Shown here: positions 51,726 to 62,234 of the stretch, piece by piece
Layout: each line of letters starts with the position of its first letter
Position numbering within the stretch: the stretch's first letter is position 1
Origin: an uncultured Planctomycetaceae bacterium
GTDB lineage: Bacteria; Planctomycetota; Planctomycetia; Planctomycetales; Planctomycetaceae
Length of the DNA: 64,000 nt
Direction: 5' to 3'
NCBI GenBank assembly: GCA_963815195.1
Contig: CAWFGE010000013.1
Span: forward strand, 640,001 to 704,000
Translations under genes and position numbers: made by a program
The notes under the pieces: model-generated
Databases searched by the model: none
What the model saw: the letters and a program-made list of their open reading frames with translations, nothing else
Told to the model about the DNA's origin: nothing

Positions 51726-52516
51726 ATGTCGAGGCAACCCCAGCCCGAAACCGAACTCTCGCCGCCGCTCCCGAAGCCGGGAAAAACAGTGGCCGTGATG
51801 CCGGCTTATAACGCCGCCGCGACTTGGAACGCACCGTGGCGGATATTCCGGCGGGCACTGTGGATGAAATCATCCTTGTGGACGACCGCAGCCGGGACGA
51901 CACCGTGGCGATCGCCAAGGGTTTGGGACTCACCGTCATCGAGCACGAGCAAAACCGCGGCTACGGCGGCAATCAGAAAACCTGCTACGAAGAGGCCTTG
52001 GGCCGCGGGGCGGATTACATTGTGATGATCCACCCCGATTATCAATACGACAGCCGGGTGATTCCCGTGGCGGTCGAGATTTTGCGGTTGGGGATTTGCG
52101 ACTGCGTGCTGGGGTCGCGGATCCGCACCCGGCGGGAAGCCCTGGACGGCGGAATGCCCCGCTACAAATACCTCGCCAATCGCCTGCTGACTTTTGTGGA
52201 AAACATCGCGCTCGGCCAAAACCTGGGCGACTTTCATAGCGGGTTTCGCGCCTATCGCCGGGAAGTCCTCGAGACGCTGCCTTGGCGGAGGAATTCGGAC
52301 GATTTCGTGTTCGACAGCCAATTCCTCGCGCAGCTTGTGCACTTCGGATTCAAAATCGGCGACATTCCCGTCCCGGTCCGCTACTTCGAGGAAGCCTCCA
52401 GCATCAATTTCCGCCGCAGCGTCCGCTATGGACTTGCGACTCTGGGTGTCCTTGGACGATTTTGGATGCATCGCCTCAAATTGTGGAAATCCCCCCTCTT
52501 TACGCCGCGGGAATGA
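51726..52516 (+). CDS. GT2 glycosyltransferase (DPM1-like); frameshift ~51823
   Basis: [40 protein letters not shown]. Confidence 0.88.
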
Positions 52517-52817
52517 TCGATCGCAGAATCAGGCTTCACAGGATCATGACTTTGTGAACCGTGATGCTGTGATGAGTGGTGCCCGCCGCGTCCCGGCGGG
52601 GGGTCGGAAAAATCCGCGTTCCGCTTGCGAATTCGTCGTGTTCCTGGTGGAATTGGAAAAATTTTGCGAAAGGCGTTGGATTTCGCCATTTTCCGTTCAT
52701 CCATCCGCGAAAAAAATCGTTACCACTTTCTGTGGGTTTGGGTTATCTTGGCGGGGACATTTTCTTCGTACCCGTCCAAACAAAGATTCTTCAATTTGCC
52801 GGAAAGTCAGAGAATCC

Positions 52818-53282
52818 ATGGATGCCTTGGGACGGCACTTGATGATTGAGCTTTGGGACTGCAACGCGTCCATCAACGGACCCGAAGCCGTGCGGGCGGC
52901 CATCGAGCGAGGCGTTCGCGAAATCGGGGCGACGCTGTTGAACTTGCACGTCCACGCCTTCAGTCCGCAGGGCGTGACCGGAGTGGCTTCGCTCGCCGAG
53001 TCCCATTTGGCCCTGCACAGTTGGCCGGAGCATGGCTACCTGGCGGCGGACGTGTTTACCTGCGGCGAGCATGTCGAACCGGAGGCGTTGGTGGAGGTTT
53101 TGAAAGCATGGTTTGAGCCGGGCGTTGTGGAAGTCAAAAAACTCGAGCGCGGCCGCCGACCTGCCCCTCACCCTAACCCTCTCCCCCGAGGGGAGAGGGG
53201 ACCAGAGGTTGCCCCTCACCCTAACCCTCTCTCCCGAGGGGAGAGAGGACCAGACGTTGTTGGAAAAAGGGCGAATTTGTGA
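52818..53282 (+). CDS. speD: S-adenosylmethionine decarboxylase proenzyme; C-terminus extended through two REP copies
   Basis: LGRHLMIE, FSPQGVTG, LAESH (pyruvoyl site), HSWPE, DVFTCG. Confidence 0.93.
   Translation: MDALGRHLMIELWDCNASINGPEAVRAAIERGVREIGATLLNLHVHAFSPQGVTGVASLAESHLALHSWPEHGYLAADVFTCGEHVEPEALVEVLKAWFEPGVVEVKKLERGRRPAPHPNPLPRGERGPEVAPHPNPLSRGERGPDVVGKRANL
53162..53257 (+). repeat. Two 48-bp tandem REP copies (family B) inside the speD reading frame
   Basis: TGCCCCTCACCCTAACCCTCTCCCCCGAGGGGAGAGGGGACCAGAGGT and a near-identical second copy. Confidence 0.88.
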
Positions 53283-55208
53283 GTTTTCAAGCCTCGTGTC
53301 CTGCCTGTGGTTCGCCGGTTCAGTTTGATGTGGCCAATTCGGTGGTCACCATCTGCCCGAGTTGCCATTCCGCCGTAGGGCGGGCGGACGGAAAACTCGA
53401 AAACCTGGGCAAAGTGGCGGATCTCGCCGAGACTGACTCGCCGTTCCAATGCGGGCTGCGGGGGAAGTTCAAAGGCGTGCCGTTTGAAATCACCGGCCGG
53501 TCGCAAATCCGCCACTCGGCGGGCGGGGTCTGGGACGAATGGTACGTCGCGTTCCGCGGCGGGCAGCGGTGGGGCTGGCTCGCGGAAGCCCAGGGCCGAT
53601 ACTATTTGACCTTCGAGCACGAGCTGCCGCCCAATCACGAAATCCCCCCGCTGTCGGAACTCGACATCGAAGACACGATCGCCATCCCCAAAATGGGCCA
53701 GATGAAAATCATCGAGATCGGCGAAGGCACGGTCGTTTCGGGCGAAGGCGAAATCCCCTGGGCCCTGAAGCCCGGCGAAGTCGTCGAGTTCGCGGACCTC
53801 TCCGGCGGCGGGCGGAAGTTCGGCACGCTCGATCAGAGCCACGGGCAGTTGTCGTTCTACGCCGGGGGCGAAGTCACGCTGCACGAGTTGGGCCTCGAGT
53901 CCGCCGCGTCTCGCGAACGGGAAGCCCGCATCGTCGCCGCCGCCCAGGTCAACTGCCCCAAGTGCGGCGGGCCTTTGGAGACTCCAAGCCCCCGATCAAA
54001 CCCTCCGCGTGGCGTGCCCGTTTTGCGGTTCGATGCTCTCCTGCGATCATGGCAATTTGAAATTCCTCCAGGCCCTCGGCAAAAAGAAAATCGAACCGGT
54101 CCTGCCGCTGGGCTCCAAAGGCGTGTTCGATCCCGAAGTCGTCCACACCGATTGGGAAGAGCCGCAGGAACTGACCGTCATCGGCTTTATGCAGCGAAAA
54201 GTGACTTACGAGGGCATCGATTACAGCTGGCACGAATACCTGCTCTACAAACCCCGGTTGCCGTTTTACTGGCTGATCGATAACGACGGCCATTGGAGCT
54301 TCGGCCAGTCGGTGCCGGCGGGCGATGTGAAGGCGGGCCCTCAGGAAGCCTATTATTCCGGGACGGGCTTCAAGATTTTTGACCGCAGCGAGCCGGTGGT
54401 GGCGTATGTGCTCGGCGAGTTTTATTGGGAAGTCAACATGGGCGAGAAGGTGAAGTCCGCCGACTACATCCACCCGCCGGACATGCTCTCCCGCGAGACG
54501 AATCAGAACCCGAGCCCCGGCCCCAACAAAAGCCCCAACGCCAAGCGCGACAAGAAAAACCGCGAGATCAACTACACCGTCAGCCGGTATGTGCCGGTCG
54601 AGGAAATCGAAAAAGCCTTCGGCCGGGACGACCTGCGGACGCCGGTGTCCGTCGCCCCCAACCAGCCGTATCCCCACAAGGACATTTACAAATACTGGGG
54701 CCTGATGTGCGCGGCGGCGTTGTTTTTGGTGCTCGTTGTGTACGGCACCAGCGAAAGGCGTTTGGTTTACGGAAACAGCCGGACCTTTTCCTTCCAGCCC
54801 GGGGCTTCCAAGGAGGTGCTCACCGAACCGTTTCAGCTCGAAGGCGGAGACAATATCGCCGTGGGCGTGAACTGCTTTCAGTGGGTCTATCTTGACGGCG
54901 AGTTCATCAACGAAAAAGGCGAAGTCCCGGCGAACGGGAAATTCGGCGTCTCGTCGGGAAAGAAGGTGTATCTGGAAGCTCTGCCCGCCGGGACCTATAA
55001 GATGCGGTTCAACACCAAGTGGAAAACGATGACCTCGCCCAGCCCGAGTTTCACCGTGGAAGTCCGCCAGGACGTGCCGCACTTCTCGCAAATGTTTTGG
55101 CTAGGGGTGGGAGTGATGGTGTTGCCCATCGGCGTAATAATTCATCACGTGACCTTCAACGCCCGCCGCTGGCAGGAAAGCGATTACAGCCCGTTTCAAA
55201 CCGAATGA
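53279..55208 (+). CDS. Zn-ribbon plus DUF4178-like tandem-domain membrane protein; frameshift ~53981
   Basis: CPACG..CPSC and CPKCG..CPFCG; WDEWY..WLAE and WHEYLLY..WLID; GEFYW; two late TM segments; ends RWQESD. Confidence 0.78.
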
Positions 55209-55395
55209 CCAAATCCCAAATCCCAAATCCCAATGACCAATGACCAATTTCAGTAGTATCAAAGTCGTATCAAAAACGTATGAGCCGCGCACGAAGTAAG
55301 CGGTGTTGGACTTCGGGAATCTGAAGACCGCTGACTTCGTGCGCGGCTCAAGAAACCTCCAATGGTCATTGGGGTTTTGGGGCTTGGAACTTTTC
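55204..55395. repeat. Inverted heptamer arrays (AATCCCA/AATGACC ... TGGTCAT/TTGGGG) enclosing a family A REP doublet (55281-55350)
   Basis: AATGACCAAATCCCAAATCCCAAATCCCAATGACCAATGACC ... TGGTCATTGGGGTTTTGGGGCTTGG. Confidence 0.7.
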
Positions 55396-55415
55396 CCCAA
55401 CCAGGGGCATAAAGC

Positions 55416-55607
55416 ATGTTGACGAAAATCTATATGGGTTTAGGAATCCTGGCGTTGGGATTCTATGCGTTTTCCACCTTTTTCGGGTGGGAATTTGGCA
55501 GTACGAAACTAAGTTCCTCGCCGCCCAGCAACTACACGTCGAGCGGACGCAGTTCCGGTGGCGGGGGGTTCTTCTTTGGCGGCGGCGGATTTGGAGGAGG
55601 AAAGTAA
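55416..55607 (+). CDS. 63-aa single-TM peptide with a Ser/Gly-rich tail ending GGGFGGGK
   Basis: N-terminal TM; TAATG overlap with the next gene. Confidence 0.8.
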   Translation: MLTKIYMGLGILALGFYAFSTFFGWEFGSTKLSSSPPSNYTSSGRSSGGGGFFFGGGGFGGGK

Positions 55608-55924
55608 TGCTGGATCGACTTGCGATGGCCATTCACTCGTGGACGCTCAATCTGCCGTTGTTCGCGGCGGAGGGCGATGTTCCCGCGACGCCCCAACCGA
55701 CGGCGGACTCGCTCAGCAGAATCGCCGGGCCCCTCTTGATGGCCGTGATCTTTACGCTGGTGGGCATGGTGCTGTTCGGCCTCTCTATCTGGGTGATCGT
55801 CAAACTCGCCCCGTTCTCGGTGCAAAAAGAAATCGAGGAAGACCAGAACACGTCGCTGGGCATCATCATGGGCTCCATCATCCTGGGCATCGCTTTGATC
55901 CTCGCCGCCGCCATTCAAGGTTGA
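55607..55924 (+). CDS. DUF350-like small membrane protein
   Basis: Two TMs around KLAPFSVQKEIEEDQNTSLGII. Confidence 0.8.
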   Translation: MLDRLAMAIHSWTLNLPLFAAEGDVPATPQPTADSLSRIAGPLLMAVIFTLVGMVLFGLSIWVIVKLAPFSVQKEIEEDQNTSLGIIMGSIILGIALILAAAIQG

Positions 55925-56041
55925 AGCAGAGAGCCCAGAGCGGAGAGCCGGAAAGAACTCGCACGCGTTTTCACATCGCTCCCCCTTTGTCCGGATTTTT
56001 CCCTTTGCGGCCCCTGCGGCCTGTGTGGCCTCTGTGGCCTT

Positions 56042-57637
56042 TTGAAATATGATCCCGACCGACGACGAACCGGAACCGCCCGCTCCCGACGACTCCGCCG
56101 AGTGGGACCTCGCCCGATTGCACCCGAAAACCCGCCGCCGAAACTGCACACGCCGGCTTTGTTTTTGAACGTGTTCATCATTGCGATCTGCGGGCTGGTG
56201 TATGAACTCGTGGCCGGGACTTTGTCCAGTTACGTGCTGGGCGATTCCGTCACGCAGTTCTCGCTGTGCATCGGGATCTATCTCTCCGCGCTCGGCATTG
56301 GAGCCTGGCTGTCCGGCTTCATCGAAAAATCCCTCGCTAAAACTTTCATCGAAGTCGAGCTCGGCGTGGCCTTGTTGGGCGGCATCTCGGCGCCTTTGCT
56401 CTTTATCAGCTTCGCCCGCGTCGGCGGCTGGTTCTCCGTGCTCTTATACGGGCTGGTGCTCGGCATCGGCACGCTCGTCGGGTTGGAATTGCCGCTGTTG
56501 ATGCGGATCCTCAAAGAGAACCTGGACTTCAAAGAACTCGTCTCGCGCGTATTGACCTTCGATTACATCGGGGCCTTGGTCGGGTCGCTGCTGTTCCCGA
56601 TTCTGCTGTTGCCCAAGATGGGCCTGATCCGCACCTCGCTGTTATTTGGGATGATGAATGCCCTCGTCGGATTGTGGGGCACCTGGCTCTTGAAGCCGCT
56701 TTTGAGCGGACGATCCTGGGGCTTAAGGCTGCGGGCCGGTTTGACGCTCTGCCTGTTGATCGCGGGGTTCCTTTTTGCCGACCGGTTGACGACGCTTGCG
56801 GAAGAGCGGCTGTATCCGAACCCGGTCGTGTATGCGACGCAATCCCCTTACCAGCGGATCGTTGTGACCCGCGCGGGCAAGGACTTTCAGCTTTGGCTCA
56901 ACGGCAAGTTGCAATTCGACAGCCACGATGAATACCGCTACCACGAGGCCTTGGTGCATCCCGCCATGCTCGCCGCGGGCCGCCGGCACAAAGTTCTGGT
57001 CTTGGGCGGCGGCGACGGGCTGGCGCTTCGGGAGATTCTCAAATATCCCGAGGTCGAATCGGCCACGCTGGTTGATTTGGATCCGGCGATGACTTCCCTT
57101 TCGCAAAACTTCCCGCCGCTGGCCGAGCTCAATCAGCACGCCTTCGCGGATCCCCGCGTCACGGTGGTGAACGAAGATGCGATGATCTGGCTGGAAACGG
57201 TGACGGATCGGTTTGACGTGGTGATCATCGATTTCCCGGATCCCAACAACTTCGCGCTGGGCAAGCTCTACACGCGGCGGTTTTACCGGATGCTCAAAGA
57301 GCGGTTGGCTCCCGAGGGGGCGGTGGGGATTCAATCGACCTCGCCGCTGTTTGCCCGCAAGGCGTTCTGGTGCATTCAGCACACGCTGGAAGCCGGGGGC
57401 TTTGTGACGCACCCCTATCAGGTCGCGGTGCCGTCGTTCGGTTTGTGGGGCTTCGGCCTGGCGAAGCGGCACCCGTTTTCCCCGCCCAGGAGCTTGCCCG
57501 AGGGTCTGTCTTTCAAATACCTGACGCCCGAGTTGCTCTCGGCTCTGTTCGTGTTGCCTGCCGACATTGCGAGGGTGGACACCGAAGTCAACCGCCTCGA
57601 CAACCAGATCCTCGTGCGGTATTACGAACGATATTGA
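56042..57637 (+). CDS. Membrane-bound polyamine aminopropyltransferase (SpeE-like with about 7 N-terminal TMs); true start may be ATG 56049 with an indel
   Basis: [63 protein letters not shown]. Confidence 0.9.
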   Translation: MKYDPDRRRTGTARSRRLRRVGPRPIAPENPPPKLHTPALFLNVFIIAICGLVYELVAGTLSSYVLGDSVTQFSLCIGIYLSALGIGAWLSGFIEKSLAKTFIEVELGVALLGGISAPLLFISFARVGGWFSVLLYGLVLGIGTLVGLELPLLMRILKENLDFKELVSRVLTFDYIGALVGSLLFPILLLPKMGLIRTSLLFGMMNALVGLWGTWLLKPLLSGRSWGLRLRAGLTLCLLIAGFLFADRLTTLAEERLYPNPVVYATQSPYQRIVVTRAGKDFQLWLNGKLQFDSHDEYRYHEALVHPAMLAAGRRHKVLVLGGGDGLALREILKYPEVESATLVDLDPAMTSLSQNFPPLAELNQHAFADPRVTVVNEDAMIWLETVTDRFDVVIIDFPDPNNFALGKLYTRRFYRMLKERLAPEGAVGIQSTSPLFARKAFWCIQHTLEAGGFVTHPYQVAVPSFGLWGFGLAKRHPFSPPRSLPEGLSFKYLTPELLSALFVLPADIARVDTEVNRLDNQILVRYYERY

Positions 57638-57727
57638 GGGAGCGGGTCCCGTCCAAAAAACCGAAATCCGAAACAATTCCAAAACCTGAATGACCGAAAC
57701 GCCCAGGGATGACGTTGGTTTGGACTC

Positions 57728-57931
57728 TACCGCGAACCGGTTACACATTAAAGCCCAGGGTCGCGCAGCGCACCCTGGGTCATCGGAATCACAAGAGCAC
57801 TTTACGCCGAAGGCGTTATACAACACTTTTGTCTAACGCCTTCGGCGTATGGTTTAACATGGAACCCGGAACCCAGGGTGGCGCGGCTGCGCCGCTGACC
57901 CTGGGCTTTGTTATATAACGTCTTCGGCGTA
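57728..57931. repeat. Nested palindromic REPIN/MITE-like element (family G)
   Basis: AAAGCCCAGGGTC..ACCCTGGGT / ACCCAGGGT..GACCCTGGGCTTT; inner TACGCCGAAGGCGTTA / TAACGCCTTCGGCGTA. Confidence 0.8.
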
Positions 57932-58100
57932 CAATCGTGCTACCTCACCACTCAGCACGTCGCTGCCCTCTGCCATTCGCCCACTTCATATTCAGGAATA
58001 ATCCCAGGCTGCGGAAAACTCTCCTGCACGAGGCCCTTCCGAACGATTATGATGGACTCTGTCGAGCGGAGAAAGGACCGGTTGAATTGAAGATGGACCC

Positions 58101-60320
58101 ATGACGAACGACAAAACGCAACCCATGTCCGAGGAGGAGCAGGCGCTGGCTCAACGGTGGAGCCTGGAGCCTTCGCGCCCGCCGGCCCAGATTCCGGGCT
58201 ATGTGCTGCATCGGCTGTTGGGCACGGGGGCCTTCGGCCAGGTCTGGATGGGCACCGATGAAAACACCGGCCGCAGCGTGGCGATCAAGTTTTACGCCCA
58301 CCGCGGCGGCTTGGACTGGTCGCTGCTTTCACGGGAAGTCGAGAAGCTCGCGTTTTTGTCCTCGGACCGCTATGTGGTGCAGGTCTTGGATGTCGGTTGG
58401 AACGCCGATCCTCCTTACTGCGTGATGGAATACGTCGAGCAGGGCTCGCTGGCGGATTGGCTGGAGTCCGGTGCGGACGTGTCCATCGCGGATGCCGAGC
58501 GGCTGATCCGCCAAATCGCCATCGGCCTGATGCACGCGCACGCCAAAGGGATTTTGCACTGCGATTTGAAGCCCGCGAACGTGCTGTTGGATCAGGATCG
58601 GCAACCCCGGCTCGCGGATTTCGGGCAGGCCCGTTTGTCCTACGAGCAAACGCCCTCCCTGGGGACGCTGTTTTACATGGCCCCGGAGCAAGCCGACCTC
58701 GCAGCGGTGCCCGACGTGCGTTGGGACGTGTACGCCTTGGGGGCGATCATGTTCCGCATGTTGACGGGCTATCCGCCGTATTACACGAGCGAAATGGCGG
58801 AAACGCTCGAGCACATGACGGGCCTCGAAGAACGGCTGACGAAGTACCGGGAGTTGCTCCACGAATCGCCGCGCCTGCATGTGCGAAAAGCCATTCCCGG
58901 CATCGACCGCGAATTGGCGACGATTCTGCATCGCTGCCTCGCGCTCAATCCCCATCACCGCTACGCCAGCGTGCAGGCGGTGCTTTACGATCTGGAAGAG
59001 CGGGCCAGCCGGCGGGCGAGGCGGCCCTTGGTGTGGTTGGGGCTCGTCGGTCCGTTGCTCGTGCTGCTGCTGTCTTCGATCTTCGCCGTGGATTGGATGG
59101 ATACCATCATGGACGATTCCCGCAACGAGATCGTGCGGCGGGCGCTCGAGGGCAACCGCTTCGCGGCCCGGTTGGCGGCGGGGCAGGTGGAAGACGATCT
59201 GGCCCGGCGGTTTGAATTGGTGGAAGACGAGGCCCAAAAGTCGGAACTGAGCCGGCTCGTGTCGAGCGTGGTCAAGTCGCCGGCCTGGCGGGACCGGCTG
59301 AAGCAGATCGCCACGCTGCCGGAAGGCGATCCCCTGCTGGAGACCCAGGAAAAACAGTATCAGGCCGCGGTCGCCGGTCCGCCCGATTCGCCGCCCGCGA
59401 AGCTCGAACATTGGCTGGTCGACTTGGGAAAGGCCCCGCGGTTTTCGCATTCCAACGGGAAGTTGTCCATCGCGAGTTGGCTGGTGTGCGACTCCCGCGG
59501 CGTGTGCTTGGGCCGCTGGCCCCAGAGCGATACCATCGGCCATAACTATGCGTGGCGGGCCTATTTCAACGGCGGCCCGAAAGACCTCCCGCCCGATTGG
59601 CGGCCCGCGAAGCCCGGAGATCTCAAGGTCGTCGACAAGCCGTCTCTCTCGCCGGTGTTTCTGAGCCAGGCGAGCAATCGCTGGATCGTCGGCGTTTCCA
59701 GCCCGATCCGCGAGGACGGGGAAATTCTCGGCGTGTTGACGATGACGTTCGCGGTGGGGGAGATCATCGACCTTCCCGAAGCCCAGTTTCAAATCCCGGT
59801 CCTGGTCAACAAAACCTCCGAGCAGCATCCGGGCATCATTCTGGAACATCCGCTTTACGAAAAGGACCACCACGTCGCCGGGCAGTACACGGATCCCAAA
59901 TTTCGGCTCTTGCCGGAAGATTATCCCGACACTCCGGAGCGCCGGGAGAGCTACCACGACCCCATGGCGAAAGCCCAAGACGGCCGGGACTACCAGGGCC
60001 GCTGGCTCGCGGAAATGGTTCCCGTCCGCGTCCATGCGCAGAACACCGGCTGGGTGGTCATCGTGCAGGAGGCCTATGACGATGTCATCGGCAAACCTTT
60101 CCAGAACACCCGGCGGGAATTGCTCTGGCTCGGCATTCGGTCGCTCGCGGTGGGCGTGGGCGTCTCCGCGTTCGTCTGGTTCGTGCTGATCCGCCAGGTC
60201 GTGAAGCGGCAACATCTCCAGCGGCGGCGGTTTGAGATTCTGGGCGGGACCACGTCCTCATCCGCCGGCACATGGACGTCGGGATCGGGGGCCGGCTCCA
60301 CGGAGGAACCGCCCCCATGA
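58101..60320 (+). CDS. Hanks-type Ser/Thr kinase with TM, dCache-like sensor domain, TM and a Ser/Thr-rich tail
   Basis: LGTGAFGQV, VAIK, HCDLKPAN, DFG, GTLFYMAPE, DVYALG; Cache-like NYAWRAYF..LSPVF..VSSPI..GEILGVL. Confidence 0.88.
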   Translation: MTNDKTQPMSEEEQALAQRWSLEPSRPPAQIPGYVLHRLLGTGAFGQVWMGTDENTGRSVAIKFYAHRGGLDWSLLSREVEKLAFLSSDRYVVQVLDVGWNADPPYCVMEYVEQGSLADWLESGADVSIADAERLIRQIAIGLMHAHAKGILHCDLKPANVLLDQDRQPRLADFGQARLSYEQTPSLGTLFYMAPEQADLAAVPDVRWDVYALGAIMFRMLTGYPPYYTSEMAETLEHMTGLEERLTKYRELLHESPRLHVRKAIPGIDRELATILHRCLALNPHHRYASVQAVLYDLEERASRRARRPLVWLGLVGPLLVLLLSSIFAVDWMDTIMDDSRNEIVRRALEGNRFAARLAAGQVEDDLARRFELVEDEAQKSELSRLVSSVVKSPAWRDRLKQIATLPEGDPLLETQEKQYQAAVAGPPDSPPAKLEHWLVDLGKAPRFSHSNGKLSIASWLVCDSRGVCLGRWPQSDTIGHNYAWRAYFNGGPKDLPPDWRPAKPGDLKVVDKPSLSPVFLSQASNRWIVGVSSPIREDGEILGVLTMTFAVGEIIDLPEAQFQIPVLVNKTSEQHPGIILEHPLYEKDHHVAGQYTDPKFRLLPEDYPDTPERRESYHDPMAKAQDGRDYQGRWLAEMVPVRVHAQNTGWVVIVQEAYDDVIGKPFQNTRRELLWLGIRSLAVGVGVSAFVWFVLIRQVVKRQHLQRRRFEILGGTTSSSAGTWTSGSGAGSTEEPPP

Positions 60321-62099
60321 CCGACCTCATCGCCCAAGGAGCCCAACCGCACCAGCGTTGGCGGCACGAACTGCCCGTCGATCGCCCCGTGGTCTTGGGC
60401 CGTTCGATGGGACCTTGGGGCGTGCCTTGGGATTCGCACATCTCCCATCGCCACGCCGAGTTGGTCTGGAACGGGAAGACTTTGGACGTCCGTCGGATCG
60501 CCACGGCGGTCAATCCGATCTTCATCCACGGGCAGCAGACGGACCATTGCGAACTCGAAGCGGGGCGGCATTTCGTCATCGGGCACACGACGTTCACGCT
60601 CGTGGAAGAAGACGTGGAGATGGCCGAGAAGCTGTCGGAGCCTTCGCGCGAGCAATCCTTCAGCCCGCAGTATCTCCGCCGGGCGAAATATCGCCACGCC
60701 AGCGAGCGGATCGACGTGCTCAGCCGGCTGCCGCAGTTGATCACCGACGCCACCAACGAAACGACGCTGTTTTCGAGCCTGGTGAACCTGCTGTTGGCGG
60801 GCATTCCCCGCGCGGACGCCGTCGCCTTGGTCGCGGCTTCGCCCGACGAAAAGGCCGAGCAGCGGGTGCATCTTTTGCATTGGGACCGCCGGCGGTTGTT
60901 GGGCGGCCGGTTCCGGCCGAGCGAGCGGTTGATCCTCAAGTCCGCCCGCAGCCAGCAGAGCGTCCTGCACGTGTGGTCGGCTTCGGACCGCCCGTCCGAG
61001 TTCACCGCCAGCGAGGACATGGATTGGGCCTTCTCGTCGCCCGTGCCTTCGGCGAGTTGTCCGAACTGGTGCATTTATGTGGCGGGCAGTTTTGGCGAGC
61101 ACATTTCCGGGGCCGGCTTGGATTCCGAACCGGCCGACCTGCAAGACGATTTGAAATTCACGGAACTCGTCGCCTCGGTGTTGGGCTCGCTTTGGCAGCT
61201 CGAAAACCCTCGAACGCCGGAACGCCAGCTTCAGCCAATTCTTTTCGCCGGCCGTGCTCGCGGCGCTCAGCGAAACCGATCCCGAGGTCGTGCTCACCCC
61301 GCGGGAAACGGAAGTCACCGTCCTGTTCTGCGATCTGCGGGGATTCTCGAAAGCCTCCGAGGAATCCGCCAACGACCTGAAAGGCCTGTTGGACCGCGTG
61401 AGCCAGGCCTTGGGCGTTTCCACGCATCACATCCTCGAGCACGGGGGCGTGGTCGGGGATTTTCAAGGCGATGCCGTGATGGGCTTTTGGGGCTGGCCCG
61501 TCCCGCAGAAAGACCGCCTGGTCCGCGTGTGCCGCGCGGCTTTGGGCATCCGCCGGCAAATGGAAGTCGTCGCCCAGCGGGACAACCACCCACTCGCCGG
61601 CTTCCAAATGGGCGTCGGCATCGCCACCGGCCGGGCGATGGCGGGCAAGATCGGCACCGCGGACCAGGTCAAAGTCACCGTGTTCGGCCCCGTCGTCAAT
61701 CTCGCCTCCCGTTTGGAAGGCATGACGAAAATCCTCCGGGCGCCGATCCTCGTCGATGAACTCACCGCGAAACTCATCCATGAGCAAACGCAAACCGACC
61801 AGGTCCGGCTGCGGCGGATCGCCCGCGTCAAACCCTACGGCATGGAGAACGCGCTCAACGTTACCGAACTCCTGCCGCCCGAGTCCGAATACCCTGCCCT
61901 CTCGGACCAGGACATCGACTACTACGAAGCCGCGGAGGAAGCCTTCGTCTTGGGCGATTGGTCGTTGGCGTTTGCCCTGTTGGACCGCGTTCCCACCGAC
62001 GACCGGGTGAAGGATTTCCTGCTCGTCCGCATCGCCGAGTCCAACCGCCAACCGCCCCCGAACTGGACCGGCGTCATCGACCTGGCGAGCAAACGCTAA
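60317..62099 (+). CDS. FHA, GAF-like and class III nucleotidyl cyclase domains; frameshift ~61205
   Basis: FHA LGR..ISHRH..NP; cyclase VLFCDLRGFS, FQGDAVM, GIATG, VNLASRLE; ATGA overlap with the kinase. Confidence 0.85.
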
Positions 62100-62234
62100 A
62101 CGACCGGAGAGCACGACGCCAAAAAACAACTCGCCGAATGGGACAGCGGGGACTATCGGAACGCCTTGAAATACGCACTCGATCGGTTGAGCCAGAATTA
62201 AGCCGACTGGACGCAATCTCAAAGTGACGATGCG

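Noticed and set aside
60317..62099. Pycsar/CBASS-type defence cyclase
   Set aside because: The FHA-linked architecture and kinase partner point to signalling; no adjacent TIR or TM effector with a cyclic-nucleotide-binding domain.
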